Shown: positions 29,705 through 40,087, counted from the first letter of the stretch. The stretch is 64,000 nucleotides of DNA from an uncultured delta proteobacterium (GCA_963816145.1 CAWFJP010000018.1:208462-272461); one strand, 5' to 3'. Numbers and translations: made by a program. Notes: a model not told the origin generated them from the letters alone.

Positions 29705-30862
29705 ATGCTGCAAGGTTACCGCATCTTTGACGCCGACGCTCACGGCTCGATCAATCCCAGCATGTGGGGAGACTTGCCGGAAAAGTTTCGCGCGCGACGG
29801 CCGCGGCCGGTGACGATTCATGACGATGCGGGATTAGGCAATTTCAACGCCGGATGGTTGATCGAGGGTTCGCTCGAACCGCACGCTCTCGGTCCCGGCG
29901 CTCAACAAGCGAATACACCACGCAATGTGTTAGTAGAGTTTGGCGCCAACCTGAGTCGCGAGCATTGTTCCATCGGCAGCATGACGCTCAACGATCCGCG
30001 GGCGCGGCTGGCAGACATGAATCGCATGGGTTTCGATGTCCAAATGATTTTCCCAAGCACGCTTTACGCTCATATGACCAACGACCCGGAATTCGAAGCG
30101 GCGCTGTGCCGCGCTTACAACCGTTTTGTCGCCAAGCAGTGCGCGGCCAACTCCCAACGTCTCAAATGGTCGGGCTTATTGCCGCTGCGCGAGCCGCGCC
30201 AGGCGCTGGCGGCCATCGAAGAGATGCAGCGCTTGGGCGCGCGCGCCGCCGTGGTGTTCGGCACCGCCGGTGAACGGCTGCTTTCCGATCCGAGCTTTCT
30301 GCCGATTTGGGATGAGTTCGCCAAAACCAAGCTGCCGCTCTGCGTCCACATGGGCATGAGCTATCCGCCGCTGGCCCAGCTAGGCCGGAGCATTTACGAC
30401 GGTCATATCATCGGCATGTCTTTGCCGGCGCAGTTGGCGTTCATGGCTATCGTCGGCCACCGCATGCTCGATCGTTATCAAGAGTTGAAAGTGGCGTTTT
30501 TGGAATTTGGCGCCGAGTGGATTTTCTACATGGTGTCGCGCATGGACCATTATCTGCCGCTCGACCGCGGCGCCCACCCGTTCGGCTTGAGCATGCCCAA
30601 CGCCGCCGACCTGCCGCGCGCCAGTATCCGCGACTACGTCAAATCCGGCCGTATCTTTATGGCCGCCGAAGCCGACGATCGCATGTTACAGCAACTATTT
30701 GACTTGATCGGCGAAGACCAGGTGCTGTTCTCTTCGGACTTTCCCCATGGCGAAGGCCGCGACAACGCCGCCCTGGAAATTCTCGAACGGCCGGACCTTT
30801 CTGCTTTACAGAAGCGCAAACTGCTTTATGACAACACCGTGCGCTTTTTCGGCGAGCCGTGA
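29705..30862 (+). CDS. Amidohydrolase family 2 protein
   Basis: FDADAH, RLADM, RAYN, CVHMG and FSSDFPH. Confidence 0.88.
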   Translation: MLQGYRIFDADAHGSINPSMWGDLPEKFRARRPRPVTIHDDAGLGNFNAGWLIEGSLEPHALGPGAQQANTPRNVLVEFGANLSREHCSIGSMTLNDPRARLADMNRMGFDVQMIFPSTLYAHMTNDPEFEAALCRAYNRFVAKQCAANSQRLKWSGLLPLREPRQALAAIEEMQRLGARAAVVFGTAGERLLSDPSFLPIWDEFAKTKLPLCVHMGMSYPPLAQLGRSIYDGHIIGMSLPAQLAFMAIVGHRMLDRYQELKVAFLEFGAEWIFYMVSRMDHYLPLDRGAHPFGLSMPNAADLPRASIRDYVKSGRIFMAAEADDRMLQQLFDLIGEDQVLFSSDFPHGEGRDNAALEILERPDLSALQKRKLLYDNTVRFFGEP

Positions 30863-31021
30863 TAGTTCTCAGCTACCAGTGCTATTTTCTGATCTCTGGT
30901 TTTATTCCCGGCTTAGCGGCTTGCCAGATACTGTGGCCACAGCTTCCCCAAACGGGCGGCGACGTTGTTATAATCCCCAACTGAAGGCGGCAAGATTGCA
31001 CTCAACTGGGATGACTAACGC

Positions 31022-31867
31022 CTAACGCGGTGATAAGGATTCGGCGAATTTAAGAATCAACGCATTGAAGCGTTTCGGTTCGTCGACAAACAAGGTATGT
31101 CCGGCATCTTTGAAGACTTGCACCTCGGTGCCGGGCCGGTTTTTTTGCAGATTGGCCGCCTGCTCCTCGAATTGCGGCGTGACGACATAAAGCAGCGGCT
31201 TCGTGAATGCATGCACGATCTCTTTCCAGTGGTTACGGGGGAACGGATAGGACAACAGCGCTATACTTTGATCCAGCGACATGCGTTTGGCACCGTCGAC
31301 CATGGCGTGAATTTCGGCGTCGCTGCGAGGTGACTTGAAGATCGCCCGAACGAAGCCATCCAAAGCCTTGTCACGATCGTTGCGCAGCGCTTGCAGAAAA
31401 GTGTCGCCCGGCGGCGGCGCCGGCTCCTCGCCGACAGAACTGTCGACTAGCACCATGCCCGCCAACCGGCTGGAGCCGAACATATGTACGTACTGCAATG
31501 ATTCAATGGCGCCGAGGGACCAACCGATCAGCAGGACATTATTTAACGGATCGAGAAATTCTTTGAGATCCTTGGCTCGCCGTTCTGCGGTGAAGCCATC
31601 CGCCGGCACCTGCGAGGCGCCCTGGCCGCGCGGATCGATGGCGAGTGAGTAATAGCTCCGGCCGAATTCGTCAAGTTGATTCTGCCAGATACTCGCAGGC
31701 ATCGACCAGCCGGTGACCATGGCGATCTTGAGATTGCCGCTGGCGGCGTATTCTCGTCCCGACTCGAGGACCGAAAGAACCACGCCGTCGCTGGTTTGAA
31801 ACGAACGGCGAGTGATCTGGGTGGCACAGCCTTGTGCCATGAGGACGAGGCAGCTCACGAGGAGCAA
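31022..31867 (-). CDS. Exported/lipoprotein alpha/beta hydrolase
   Basis: AQGC lipobox-like sequence, GWSMP, DPRGQGAS, GWSLG and AGHTLF. Confidence 0.8.
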   Translation of the reverse strand: MLLVSCLVLMAQGCATQITRRSFQTSDGVVLSVLESGREYAASGNLKIAMVTGWSMPASIWQNQLDEFGRSYYSLAIDPRGQGASQVPADGFTAERRAKDLKEFLDPLNNVLLIGWSLGAIESLQYVHMFGSSRLAGMVLVDSSVGEEPAPPPGDTFLQALRNDRDKALDGFVRAIFKSPRSDAEIHAMVDGAKRMSLDQSIALLSYPFPRNHWKEIVHAFTKPLLYVVTPQFEEQAANLQKNRPGTEVQVFKDAGHTLFVDEPKRFNALILKFAESLSPR

Positions 31868-31877
31868 CTGTCGTAGA

Positions 31878-33041
31878 CTAATTTGAATTGCGTTCCTTGG
31901 TGGCGAGTATTAGAGCGCCCTGACCGCCGCGCCAATGATAACCGAAAGCAAACGGCAACTCATTGGTCTGCACCTTGGCCTTAAAGGCCGCGTCGAGATC
32001 TTTTTGATATCCATATCCCATCGGCTTGATCGGCTTATTATACTTGCCGTAGAGCTTCGCCTGCCAAGGAGTCTGATTGATGAAGCGATAGGGAATACCG
32101 GTGTCGTCTTGCACCAAAAGATCCGCGGAGTCCAAAACCATCGCCCGAGTCTTGGAAAACTGGGCATCGTGCAAGAGGTATGACGCCGACTTGATAAGCG
32201 CGCTGGCGGGCCGGTTCTGACCAACCCAATTGAGAAAGTCCGGATAGTATTCCAGAGCCTTATCGGTCGCATCTAAGGAAAAGTAATAGAGCTGCTGCAC
32301 ACCCGGTGCGCCCGGGTTGGAAAATTCGATACGCACCCCACGCAGGAGCAGACGTGGCCGTTTGCCTTCCGGTGAATCATAAACCTTAGTCAACTCTGGG
32401 AACAAATCGATGGGTTCGATACGCACGATCCGGCGATTCATCAGTGCCATCATGGTCGCCATTACCGGCACGGTGCCGCGGATCCATGGGGTCGTGAGCT
32501 GTTTGTTCATGTACGAAGTTATAAAATAATTGCGTTCGAAAATATCGCGAAATGCCCCACGCACGTCGGTGAGCAGCTTGGCAAACTGTTGCATGGTCAC
32601 CGATTCTAGATCAGGTAACGTACCAGGACGCTCTAGGCTAAAGAAAACGTAGCGGGAATGTTCCGGAAAAAAAGCATAGGCGTTGAAAAAGTCCGGCCCG
32701 CTAAAAGGATAAAGCAGGGTTTTTTTCTGGGGATTGGCGATTTTAAGCTCATGATCGCGCCACCCTTCAACCGTCTTGATTCGTCCGCGCACCTCGGCCC
32801 ACTGGGAAGTCATCCACTTCTGATGCTCTTTCCACGCATCGAGTTCGAGCAAGTGGTTGAATGCCGGCTCGGCTGGATTCGGCGTGATACCCGCCAGCAG
32901 CTGTGCGGTGGCGGTCGCCCGACGATTAAACTCCGGAGTCGGCGTTTCAACAGCGGCGGTTGGACTGTTGCTAGCCAATAAAGCACCGATGACGATCCAC
33001 CCAAAGATTTTATTGTAGGTTAAAGCCCTTTTAAAATTCAT
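31878..33041 (-). CDS. Exported conserved hypothetical protein
   Basis: Signal peptide, with LLYPFSGPDF, KSASYLLH, QDDTGIP and LPFAFGY blocks. Confidence 0.75.
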   Translation of the reverse strand: MNFKRALTYNKIFGWIVIGALLASNSPTAAVETPTPEFNRRATATAQLLAGITPNPAEPAFNHLLELDAWKEHQKWMTSQWAEVRGRIKTVEGWRDHELKIANPQKKTLLYPFSGPDFFNAYAFFPEHSRYVFFSLERPGTLPDLESVTMQQFAKLLTDVRGAFRDIFERNYFITSYMNKQLTTPWIRGTVPVMATMMALMNRRIVRIEPIDLFPELTKVYDSPEGKRPRLLLRGVRIEFSNPGAPGVQQLYYFSLDATDKALEYYPDFLNWVGQNRPASALIKSASYLLHDAQFSKTRAMVLDSADLLVQDDTGIPYRFINQTPWQAKLYGKYNKPIKPMGYGYQKDLDAAFKAKVQTNELPFAFGYHWRGGQGALILATKERNSN

Positions 33042-33313
33042 AACTTATTTTACCAAAATACCAGTGAACCTTTTCATTAACGAAGAACCATTTGCAAGTA
33101 CGCGAGACAACCTCTGTAGCTTAGACGCTAAGAATAGCATTATCACCCCGCTATCTGTCAAATATTATATATTAGAGTGGTAGTGATTTGCCCGATCGCC
33201 CAGTGCCCAATCGCCGTAAGCCACAGCGCCGGCGCCGCTTCCCATCCGCGGATAGTTACGATAAGTAGGGATTCACATTCTTGCCGGTCGCAATCTCTCA
33301 GGAGGAATCCAAA

Positions 33314-34021
33314 GTGTCAGGCTGGAAAGCACGCATCGGCTACCTATCACCATCGGTATTTGAAACGCCATCGGATTGGGATCGGATCCTACCGGAAGGC
33401 TTTACCATTGTCTCCTCTGGTCTGAACGTCCAATCTCACACTGAAACTGAGTTTAACAAGGCGATTGATGCTCTCGGCGCCGGCCTCGGCATCTTCAAAG
33501 CAGAGGAGTGCGACGCGATCTTGCTGGGCGGCATCACTCTCGGCACCCAACGCGGCTACGCCGTCGAGCAGGAAGTCGTCGCCAGACTATCGCAACAAGT
33601 TGGCCTGCCGGTGAGCACCGCCATGAGCGCGACGGTGCAGGCCCTCAAGCACCTAAAGGTCAATTCCACGGTGATCGCGACGGCTTATAAAGAATCGATC
33701 AATCAAGCCGTGCAGAGATACTACGAAGACGGCGGCATCAAGGTGCTGGCGATCAAAGGCTTGGAGGTTTCCAAACCGGTCGACCAGGTGAAGCTGCCGG
33801 ACTATTCATCCTACAAAGTCGCCCGCGAGCTCTGGCGGCAAAATCCCGGCGTCGAAAGCCTGCTCTTGCAAGGCCGCTGGCGCACGGTCGCTTACATTCA
33901 AGAGTTGGAAAACGACACACAACTGCCGGTGGTGGCCTCCACGGCCGCGTCGCTCTGGTGGGTGATGCAAACGCTGGGGATCAAAGCGCCTGTCCCAGGC
34001 TTCGGTCGTCTGCTAGCCTAA
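33314..34021 (+). CDS. Maleate isomerase/arylmalonate decarboxylase-like protein
   Basis: GWKARIGYLSPS, TAY...INQ, LE.D..LPVVAST.ASLW and GFGRLL. GTG start after GGAGG. Confidence 0.78.
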   Translation: MSGWKARIGYLSPSVFETPSDWDRILPEGFTIVSSGLNVQSHTETEFNKAIDALGAGLGIFKAEECDAILLGGITLGTQRGYAVEQEVVARLSQQVGLPVSTAMSATVQALKHLKVNSTVIATAYKESINQAVQRYYEDGGIKVLAIKGLEVSKPVDQVKLPDYSSYKVARELWRQNPGVESLLLQGRWRTVAYIQELENDTQLPVVASTAASLWWVMQTLGIKAPVPGFGRLLA

Positions 34022-34063
34022 ACAGCGTCGATCGAAGTAGCCTCGGTCAAGCCCAGCGGGACG

Positions 34064-35017
34064 TCAGTCGCCCAACCAAACGATGCGCGGCGCTCTGCTT
34101 TCGGGGATGCGCTTTTCCGAACCCATCGTCGCCGCGCTCAAATCCTCCCCAGTCAGCAGTTCGTAAAGTTTGCCCATGGCCGCCGGGCTATTCAAGCGCT
34201 TGAACCCGGCGGCACGGCCCATTTCCTGAATTTGATTGGCCATCGACGCCAAGGGCATCGGAATCTCCAACTTGGCAGCGATGTTCAAGGCTTGGCGAAA
34301 ATCTTTGTAACTGTTGCTGAGCGCGCCGCCATTATTGTTGTTGCGCTTCATGAACTCTTCCATTCGCGCTGCTGACGCCGGCGAGCCGGTGCTCTGCATA
34401 AGTTGGAGAAAAAGTTTGGGATCGGCGCCCTGGGCGGTGAGCCAAGAACAGATTTCCGCCGTGATGATGTTATTGGTGGTCGAATACAAAATGATCGCGA
34501 TCTTGAATGCCTTGGGCATCCAAGGCTCCGGCAGGCAAACGATCGTCTGCGCCACAGCGTTTAAAAATTTGGCGCTGGATTCGATCTGGCTCTTGGCGCC
34601 GCCGATGACGATGGCAAACTGCCCTTTGGGGATGACCACCGCCGGCGCTCCGCTGGCATGAATCGTCCCGCCAATGAAGGTCGCTTCTTTTTCCTGCAAA
34701 CGTTCTTGCAGTTCTCGGGCGCAGTCCGGGTCGGTGCCGCTCAAATCGACCAGCGCCATTCCCGGTCTCAGCGCTTCGAAGGCACCGCCGGCGCCAAACA
34801 CCGCGCTGCGAACTTCAACCGACGACGGCACCAAGGTGATCGTGATATCGCCCACCGCCGCCGCCGCAGTTTTGGCTGCGTGCGCGCCAAGCTGCACCAC
34901 CCTCGCCACCGCGGCCGCATCGATGTCGAATACGGTCAGCGCGTAACCCGCCGCCAAAATCCGCTCCGCCATCGGCCGCCCGGCATTTCCAAGTCCGATC
35001 AAACCAATTTTTTGCAT
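34064..35017 (-). CDS. 3-hydroxyisobutyrate/6-phosphogluconate dehydrogenase family protein
   Basis: IGLIGLGNAG, VDLSGT.P, KAFKIA and YKDF. Confidence 0.8.
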   Translation of the reverse strand: MQKIGLIGLGNAGRPMAERILAAGYALTVFDIDAAAVARVVQLGAHAAKTAAAAVGDITITLVPSSVEVRSAVFGAGGAFEALRPGMALVDLSGTDPDCARELQERLQEKEATFIGGTIHASGAPAVVIPKGQFAIVIGGAKSQIESSAKFLNAVAQTIVCLPEPWMPKAFKIAIILYSTTNNIITAEICSWLTAQGADPKLFLQLMQSTGSPASAARMEEFMKRNNNNGGALSNSYKDFRQALNIAAKLEIPMPLASMANQIQEMGRAAGFKRLNSPAAMGKLYELLTGEDLSAATMGSEKRIPESRAPRIVWLGD

Positions 35018-35183
35018 CTGCTCCTCTTATTTCGTCGCAGTCATCTTGCGGTGAATTAATGATTTAGTTGCCACGAGATAATTCAAGTTCACCACGAAGG
35101 ACGCGAAGAGCATGAAGTTCGGAGTTTTGCTCATCCGAAACCTTCGTGTCCTTCGTGATCTTCGTGGTGATGTTCTAATTCCA

Positions 35184-36335
35184 CTATTTCGCCTTGCCTG
35201 CCTTCTTCAGCGCGTCCTCGACGATCTGATGCAGCGCTTTGCGCCCTTCCATGCCGTTGTACTTGGCCGAATTGAGCATGAAATAATTGACGCCTTTCTG
35301 CGGCACATCGTCCGGCGGCAAGTCGGTCTTGGGGACGTCCACCCGCAGCGAATTGACTTCGGTGTATTTTTGCCAGGCGATCTGACCCTCGCGGGACAAT
35401 ACCCAATTGACGAACAACTTGGCGGCGTTGGGATGCGGCGCCTTGCTCATCACCGCCAGACAGCAGGAGCCGCCGCCCATGATATCGCCTTCTTTCAAAG
35501 CGTGCGGCATCAAGTCCACGGGCAAACCCTGCTTTTTCGCCTTCATCACCGGCTGGCCGCTGCCGATCTGAAATACCACCTTGCCTTGGCCCAACCAGTC
35601 AGTTCCCTGCTGCAGATCCCGGGTGATGAGAATGTCGGTCTCGGTCAAAATCCGCGTAATGAACTCCTGCCCAAGCGAGGGCGTGTAGTAGAAAAACGCA
35701 AAAGTCTCGCCACCGCCGCCCGCCACGCGCGGATCGAAGGTCACCAACTTGCCTTTGAACCTGGGCTTGAGCAGGTCCCACCAAGATTGAATCTCGTTAG
35801 GATCGAGCAACTTGGTGTTGTACGAACCGCGGCGCGTGCCGATCTCACCGGAGATAATCAGCCCGGCATTGTTCTGCGCATCGGCGAAGTGCAGCCTGCC
35901 ATCGAACCAGTTGTTGGCGTCGTTCACATCCGGCAGAATCAGCAGCGGCTTGAGCGGCTCCAGTGTTCCTGGCGCGAATGCGGCATAAGTCGACGATCCG
36001 CCCATGATCAAATCCGCCAGATATTTGCCGGCGCGCCGCTCGGCGACGATGCGCTGCGCGTGATCCGACCCCTTGCCCGGCACGAAGCTAAACTTCACCT
36101 CCGGATAGGTTTTCTGAAATATCGCCCAGATCTGCTGGTACGCCGGATTATGCGGCCCATAGATGACGACCTCGCCCTCTTTCCTTCCCGCTTCAACCGT
36201 CGCGTCCCACCGCTTCTTCCAGTCGGTCTGCGCCGACGACGCCCACGGAAGTACCAGCAACGCCAAGTTCAATAAAACCAGTCTGCAAATTTGCCGCACA
36301 GCATTCTTACTCAATCCTCGCGCCGCATGCGTCAT
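35184..36335 (-). CDS. Extracellular solute-binding protein (AfuA-like)
   Basis: Signal peptide, KEGEVVIY, SWWDLL.P.FKGK and APHPNAAKLFVNW.LS.EGQ. Confidence 0.85.
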   Translation of the reverse strand: MTHAARGLSKNAVRQICRLVLLNLALLVLPWASSAQTDWKKRWDATVEAGRKEGEVVIYGPHNPAYQQIWAIFQKTYPEVKFSFVPGKGSDHAQRIVAERRAGKYLADLIMGGSSTYAAFAPGTLEPLKPLLILPDVNDANNWFDGRLHFADAQNNAGLIISGEIGTRRGSYNTKLLDPNEIQSWWDLLKPRFKGKLVTFDPRVAGGGGETFAFFYYTPSLGQEFITRILTETDILITRDLQQGTDWLGQGKVVFQIGSGQPVMKAKKQGLPVDLMPHALKEGDIMGGGSCCLAVMSKAPHPNAAKLFVNWVLSREGQIAWQKYTEVNSLRVDVPKTDLPPDDVPQKGVNYFMLNSAKYNGMEGRKALHQIVEDALKKAGKAK

Positions 36336-36402
36336 TGCCTTTTCTCCTACTGCTGCCTATTGCCTGCATTCATCCTTCAGCCCTCATCCTTCAACCTCAT
36401 GG

Positions 36403-36708
36403 TCACTTATGCCCCAGCCCCGCCGCGGTAAAATTCCCCGCGCCCATAATCTGATGCACTTCCCATTCGAGTAGTTCGAAAGAGCAGAAGCCTGCCGCCG
36501 TGTAGGGATCGCTGGCCGCGATCCGCGCCGCCTCATCCTTCGAATCCGCCCGGATCACATAGATTCCATACTTTCGGTCTGTGGTCGGCCCGGAAAAAAG
36601 AATCTTGCCGGTATCATGCTGCCGCTTCATCCAGACGAGATGCTGATCCAAGGTCACCGTCCACTCCGCGCGCGGCTTGGTCGCCTGGCGCAAAACTAGA
36701 TACCACAT
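36403..36708 (-). CDS. YciI family protein
   Basis: H..W, SGP, A.S..EA and DPY motifs. Confidence 0.82.
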   Translation of the reverse strand: MWYLVLRQATKPRAEWTVTLDQHLVWMKRQHDTGKILFSGPTTDRKYGIYVIRADSKDEAARIAASDPYTAAGFCSFELLEWEVHQIMGAGNFTAAGLGHK

Positions 36709-36789
36709 AAAAGCCTCCTGAGAATTTTCAGACTAGAACACGCTGACGTTCCAATCGTTATGCCCGGGAACTTGGCCTGTCAAGAATAT

Positions 36790-37653
36790 TTATCGTCCCA
36801 GCGCGATTGCGATTGTACCGACAACGACCGCCATCGTGCCGAGCACGGTGACCGTTGTGATCCTCTCTTTGCCGCGGAGGAAGATCAGCGAAATCATCAG
36901 ACTGAAAAGCGGCGTGGTCGCGACTATGGGTGAGACAATGACGACGCGGCCGGTGGTGAGCGCGATTAGGGTCAGCAAAGCGCCCAAGGCTTCAAAGAAC
37001 CCAGACAGAAAAAAGTCGATCACGGCGCGCCGATGCCAGATCAACTTTCGTTCGCCGCCGGTCCACAAGGTGTACGGTACGGCGCCTAGCAAAGAGACAA
37101 TCGCGACCACGAAACTGAAAAACACCGGCTCGTTGGTAATCGTCAAACCGTAGCGGCGCAGCGGGAACGCCACACCGGCGAGAAGCCCGGCGATCATCGA
37201 ATAGACCACATGCCACCAGCGGTAACTCGGCGGCGCCACTTCCGGTTTCCAGGAGATCATGACAACGCCGGCGACCACCAATAGAGTTCCGAGCAACACC
37301 GCGGCGCTGGCGCGCTCGCCCATGAGCGCGATGGCGATCACCGTGCTCCATAATGGATAGCTGTTGCGCAGCGGCTGGCTGCGCGAGGTGCCGATCTTTT
37401 GCAGCCCCATGAATGTGAGCAAGCTGATCACGGTCTGCATCAACCCCAGGATGATGAACACGACCAGCGCCCTCTTGGCGAAATCGGGCACGCCGCCGAA
37501 CAGGACCACCGCGATGCCGAGAGTGATCGTCCGCGCAGCCAAGGAAACTACGGTGGCGGTCAGCGGCGTCGAATGGCGCAGACCAAGCCAGCCGTAGACA
37601 GCAAAAAGCGCGAAGGATATCGACGCCAGCAGTGCGGTAACTTCGGAGCTCAT
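36790..37653 (-). CDS. EamA/DMT family transporter
   Basis: About 10 TM segments, with PLW...A...GE and VSPI..T.PLF repeats. Confidence 0.85.
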   Translation of the reverse strand: MSSEVTALLASISFALFAVYGWLGLRHSTPLTATVVSLAARTITLGIAVVLFGGVPDFAKRALVVFIILGLMQTVISLLTFMGLQKIGTSRSQPLRNSYPLWSTVIAIALMGERASAAVLLGTLLVVAGVVMISWKPEVAPPSYRWWHVVYSMIAGLLAGVAFPLRRYGLTITNEPVFFSFVVAIVSLLGAVPYTLWTGGERKLIWHRRAVIDFFLSGFFEALGALLTLIALTTGRVVIVSPIVATTPLFSLMISLIFLRGKERITTVTVLGTMAVVVGTIAIALGR

Positions 37654-37799
37654 AAGCGAGTAGCCCTTTGGCTGTACTAGAGCGTTGCCAACCAGTCAAA
37701 AAAATCGCCAAAAAATGAAGTGTCTTACCTAAGGGCGGCATTTTCGTATATAATTCCCACCAAGCCAATTGAACCCCAGGACGCACCTAAGGAGAAACC

Positions 37800-39344
37800 A
37801 TGCGCCGAATCGTTAGCGGATTGTTCATCGTCGTGCTTTTTAGCCTGGCGGCGCGCCAGGCATCGGCACAGGATCAGATACGCGATCTGGTCGTCAAGAT
37901 TCATGCAGTCCAACAGGCTCCCGACCTGCTCAGGCCCTGGACCCGGAGCAGTCCGCAGCAGGTCAAAGGCTCGGGGGTTGTCATCGATGGGCGCCGCATC
38001 CTCACCAATGCCCACGTGGTCAAGTACGCCAGCCAAATCTATGTGCAACCCAATCAATCGGCGAGCCATATCCCGGCGCGGGTCGAAGCGATGACGCCGG
38101 GGATGGATCTGGCGATTCTGAAACTTGACGATGAGACGTTTTTCGACAAGCGCGGCGCGCTGCCGTTCGCCCAGGAGTTGCCGCGTGTCAAAGACAGCAT
38201 CAACGTCTATGGCTACCCCACGGGAGGCACCGAACTGTCGGTGACCCAAGGCATCGTCTCGCGCATCGAGTATACCGATTACTACTACCAGGCTACGGGT
38301 TTGCGCATACAGGTAGACGCCGCACTCAATTTCGGTAATAGCGGCGGGCCGGCGGTTTCCGACGGTAAACTGGTTGGATTGGTATTTAGCCTGATTCAAA
38401 ACGCACAGAACATCGGTTATTTGATTCCCGTCGAAGAGATTCAGCATTTTCTTGCCGATATCAAAGACGGCGTTTACGACGGCAAACCGCAAACTTATGA
38501 TTTAATTCAGACCATCGAGAACGACGCGCTGCGCCAGCGCCTCGGCCTGCCCAAAGGCATCAACGGCGTCATGGTTGCACAGCCCTATCGCGACGACCCG
38601 GACTATCCGTTGAAGGAATGGGATGTGATCACTAAGATCGGCGACACGCCCATCGACGCTGACGGAAAGGTCGCCATCCGTTATGATCTCCGCTTATCGG
38701 CGTCCTACTTGGTGCAAAAATACGCCAAAAACGGTTTGCTGCCGCTCACGGTGTTTCGCAATGGCAACCTGGTGACGATTAATTTACCGGTGGGCACCCA
38801 GCGGGAATTGGTGATTCCATACCTCCTGGACGCCACCCCGCGCTATTTCATATTTGGGCCGTTCGTCTTTTCACAAACCACCCAAGATTACCTCGAACGG
38901 CTCGGCAACCAACGGCCTGGCACGTTCGGCCGCAAGCCCAGTCCGTTGATTACCCGGCGCCAAGATCGGCCGGCGTTCGATAACGAGGAGCTTGTCGTCG
39001 TCGCCTCGCCGCTCTTCCCTCATCGGATTACCAAAGGCTATGACGATCCCAACCGCTCGGTCATCAGCGAGGTCAACGGCGTGCCCGTGCGCAATTTGCG
39101 CCATCTGGTCGAACTGCTGCGCGATAATCGCGACGAGCAAATCAGCTTCAAGTTTGCCTCCTCCGGGGTTCTGACCCACGAGACGATGGTGTTCAATCGC
39201 AAAGATCTCTTGGACGCCACCGGCAAGATCCTCGAAGAAAACGGCATCCGCTACCCCTACTCGCAGGATCTGCGCGCAGTTTGGGAAGCTGCACCAACCG
39301 CTAACAAGTCTGCCCAAGTCAATTGCTGCGGGCTGACCCCGTAA
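37800..39344 (+). CDS. HtrA/Deg-type trypsin-like serine protease with PDZ domains
   Basis: TNAHV, DLA and GNSGGP catalytic triad, GYP.GG, and a signal peptide. Confidence 0.9.
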   Translation: MRRIVSGLFIVVLFSLAARQASAQDQIRDLVVKIHAVQQAPDLLRPWTRSSPQQVKGSGVVIDGRRILTNAHVVKYASQIYVQPNQSASHIPARVEAMTPGMDLAILKLDDETFFDKRGALPFAQELPRVKDSINVYGYPTGGTELSVTQGIVSRIEYTDYYYQATGLRIQVDAALNFGNSGGPAVSDGKLVGLVFSLIQNAQNIGYLIPVEEIQHFLADIKDGVYDGKPQTYDLIQTIENDALRQRLGLPKGINGVMVAQPYRDDPDYPLKEWDVITKIGDTPIDADGKVAIRYDLRLSASYLVQKYAKNGLLPLTVFRNGNLVTINLPVGTQRELVIPYLLDATPRYFIFGPFVFSQTTQDYLERLGNQRPGTFGRKPSPLITRRQDRPAFDNEELVVVASPLFPHRITKGYDDPNRSVISEVNGVPVRNLRHLVELLRDNRDEQISFKFASSGVLTHETMVFNRKDLLDATGKILEENGIRYPYSQDLRAVWEAAPTANKSAQVNCCGLTP

Positions 39345-39382
39345 AGTTGTGCGCGAAAACTTACCGGCAAATAGCGACAAAT

Positions 39383-39697
39383 ATGCGCGTCCTGCGACTC
39401 AGGCGCAAAGCTCTGCAAGTGAGTTTGATCGTTGCCCTTCTCGGCGGCGTCGCGAGCCAAGCTCTACTCGCGGCATCGCCCACCATTGAGACCGTGGCCC
39501 GAGGTCTCGAAACTCCTTGGGCCATCGACATTACCCCCGATGGGCACGCCTTTGTCACTGAACGCGCGGGAAGCGTTCGAGTCATCGACAATGGCAAACT
39601 TCTCGCCGACCCCTGGATCACTATCGACGTCGCCGCAGTCAGCGAAGCCGGCTGCGCGACATTGTTGAAGGTCCGGGCAAAGCGTTCTATTTATTAA
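39383..39697 (+). pseudogene. Truncated PQQ-dependent glucose/sorbosone dehydrogenase
   Basis: ETVARGLETPWAI..TPDG..FVTER.G.VRVI...EAG, then loss of similarity and a stop. Confidence 0.72.
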
Positions 39698-39841
39698 CCA
39701 GCAATCGCGATATCCGGGGCAGCCCCGGACCGGAGGATGACCTGGTCTTGCGGCTGACTTTCAATTAACCGAGTCTCTAAGGCGCGGCTGACGCGGCACC
39801 GCACGCGATTCATTGTGGTGCGAAAAAGCGAGGAAACCATC

Positions 39842-39988
39842 ATGTCAAAGAAATTTGGCGCATTATTCTTCTTCTTCATCATGTTCATTGCCACCATCGG
39901 CATTGCTAATTTCTTGTCGATCACGTTTTATGAAAAGTCGCTGCTCACAGCGATCAAAGACTTTCTGTTTATCCTTACGAAAAAATGA
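39842..39988 (+). CDS. Small membrane protein (48 aa)
   Basis: GAGG RBS. MSKKFGALFFFFIMFIATIGIANFLSITFYEKSLLTAIKDFLFILTKK*. Below the ORF-track cutoff. Confidence 0.55.
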   Translation: MSKKFGALFFFFIMFIATIGIANFLSITFYEKSLLTAIKDFLFILTKK

Positions 39989-40087
39989 CCGCCCGCCTTG
40001 GGCTCCGCGCTAACCCAATCCGGGATTGGCGTTGATCCGAACTCCGCCGTGTAATAGGATCGCGCCGTTCATTGCGAAGGAGTCAGC

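Noticed and set aside
35112-36275. Long antisense ORFs (also 9940-10866, 7442-8377, 57728-58681, 61872-62738)
   Set aside because: They are shadows of well-supported opposite-strand genes in GC-rich DNA and show no motifs.
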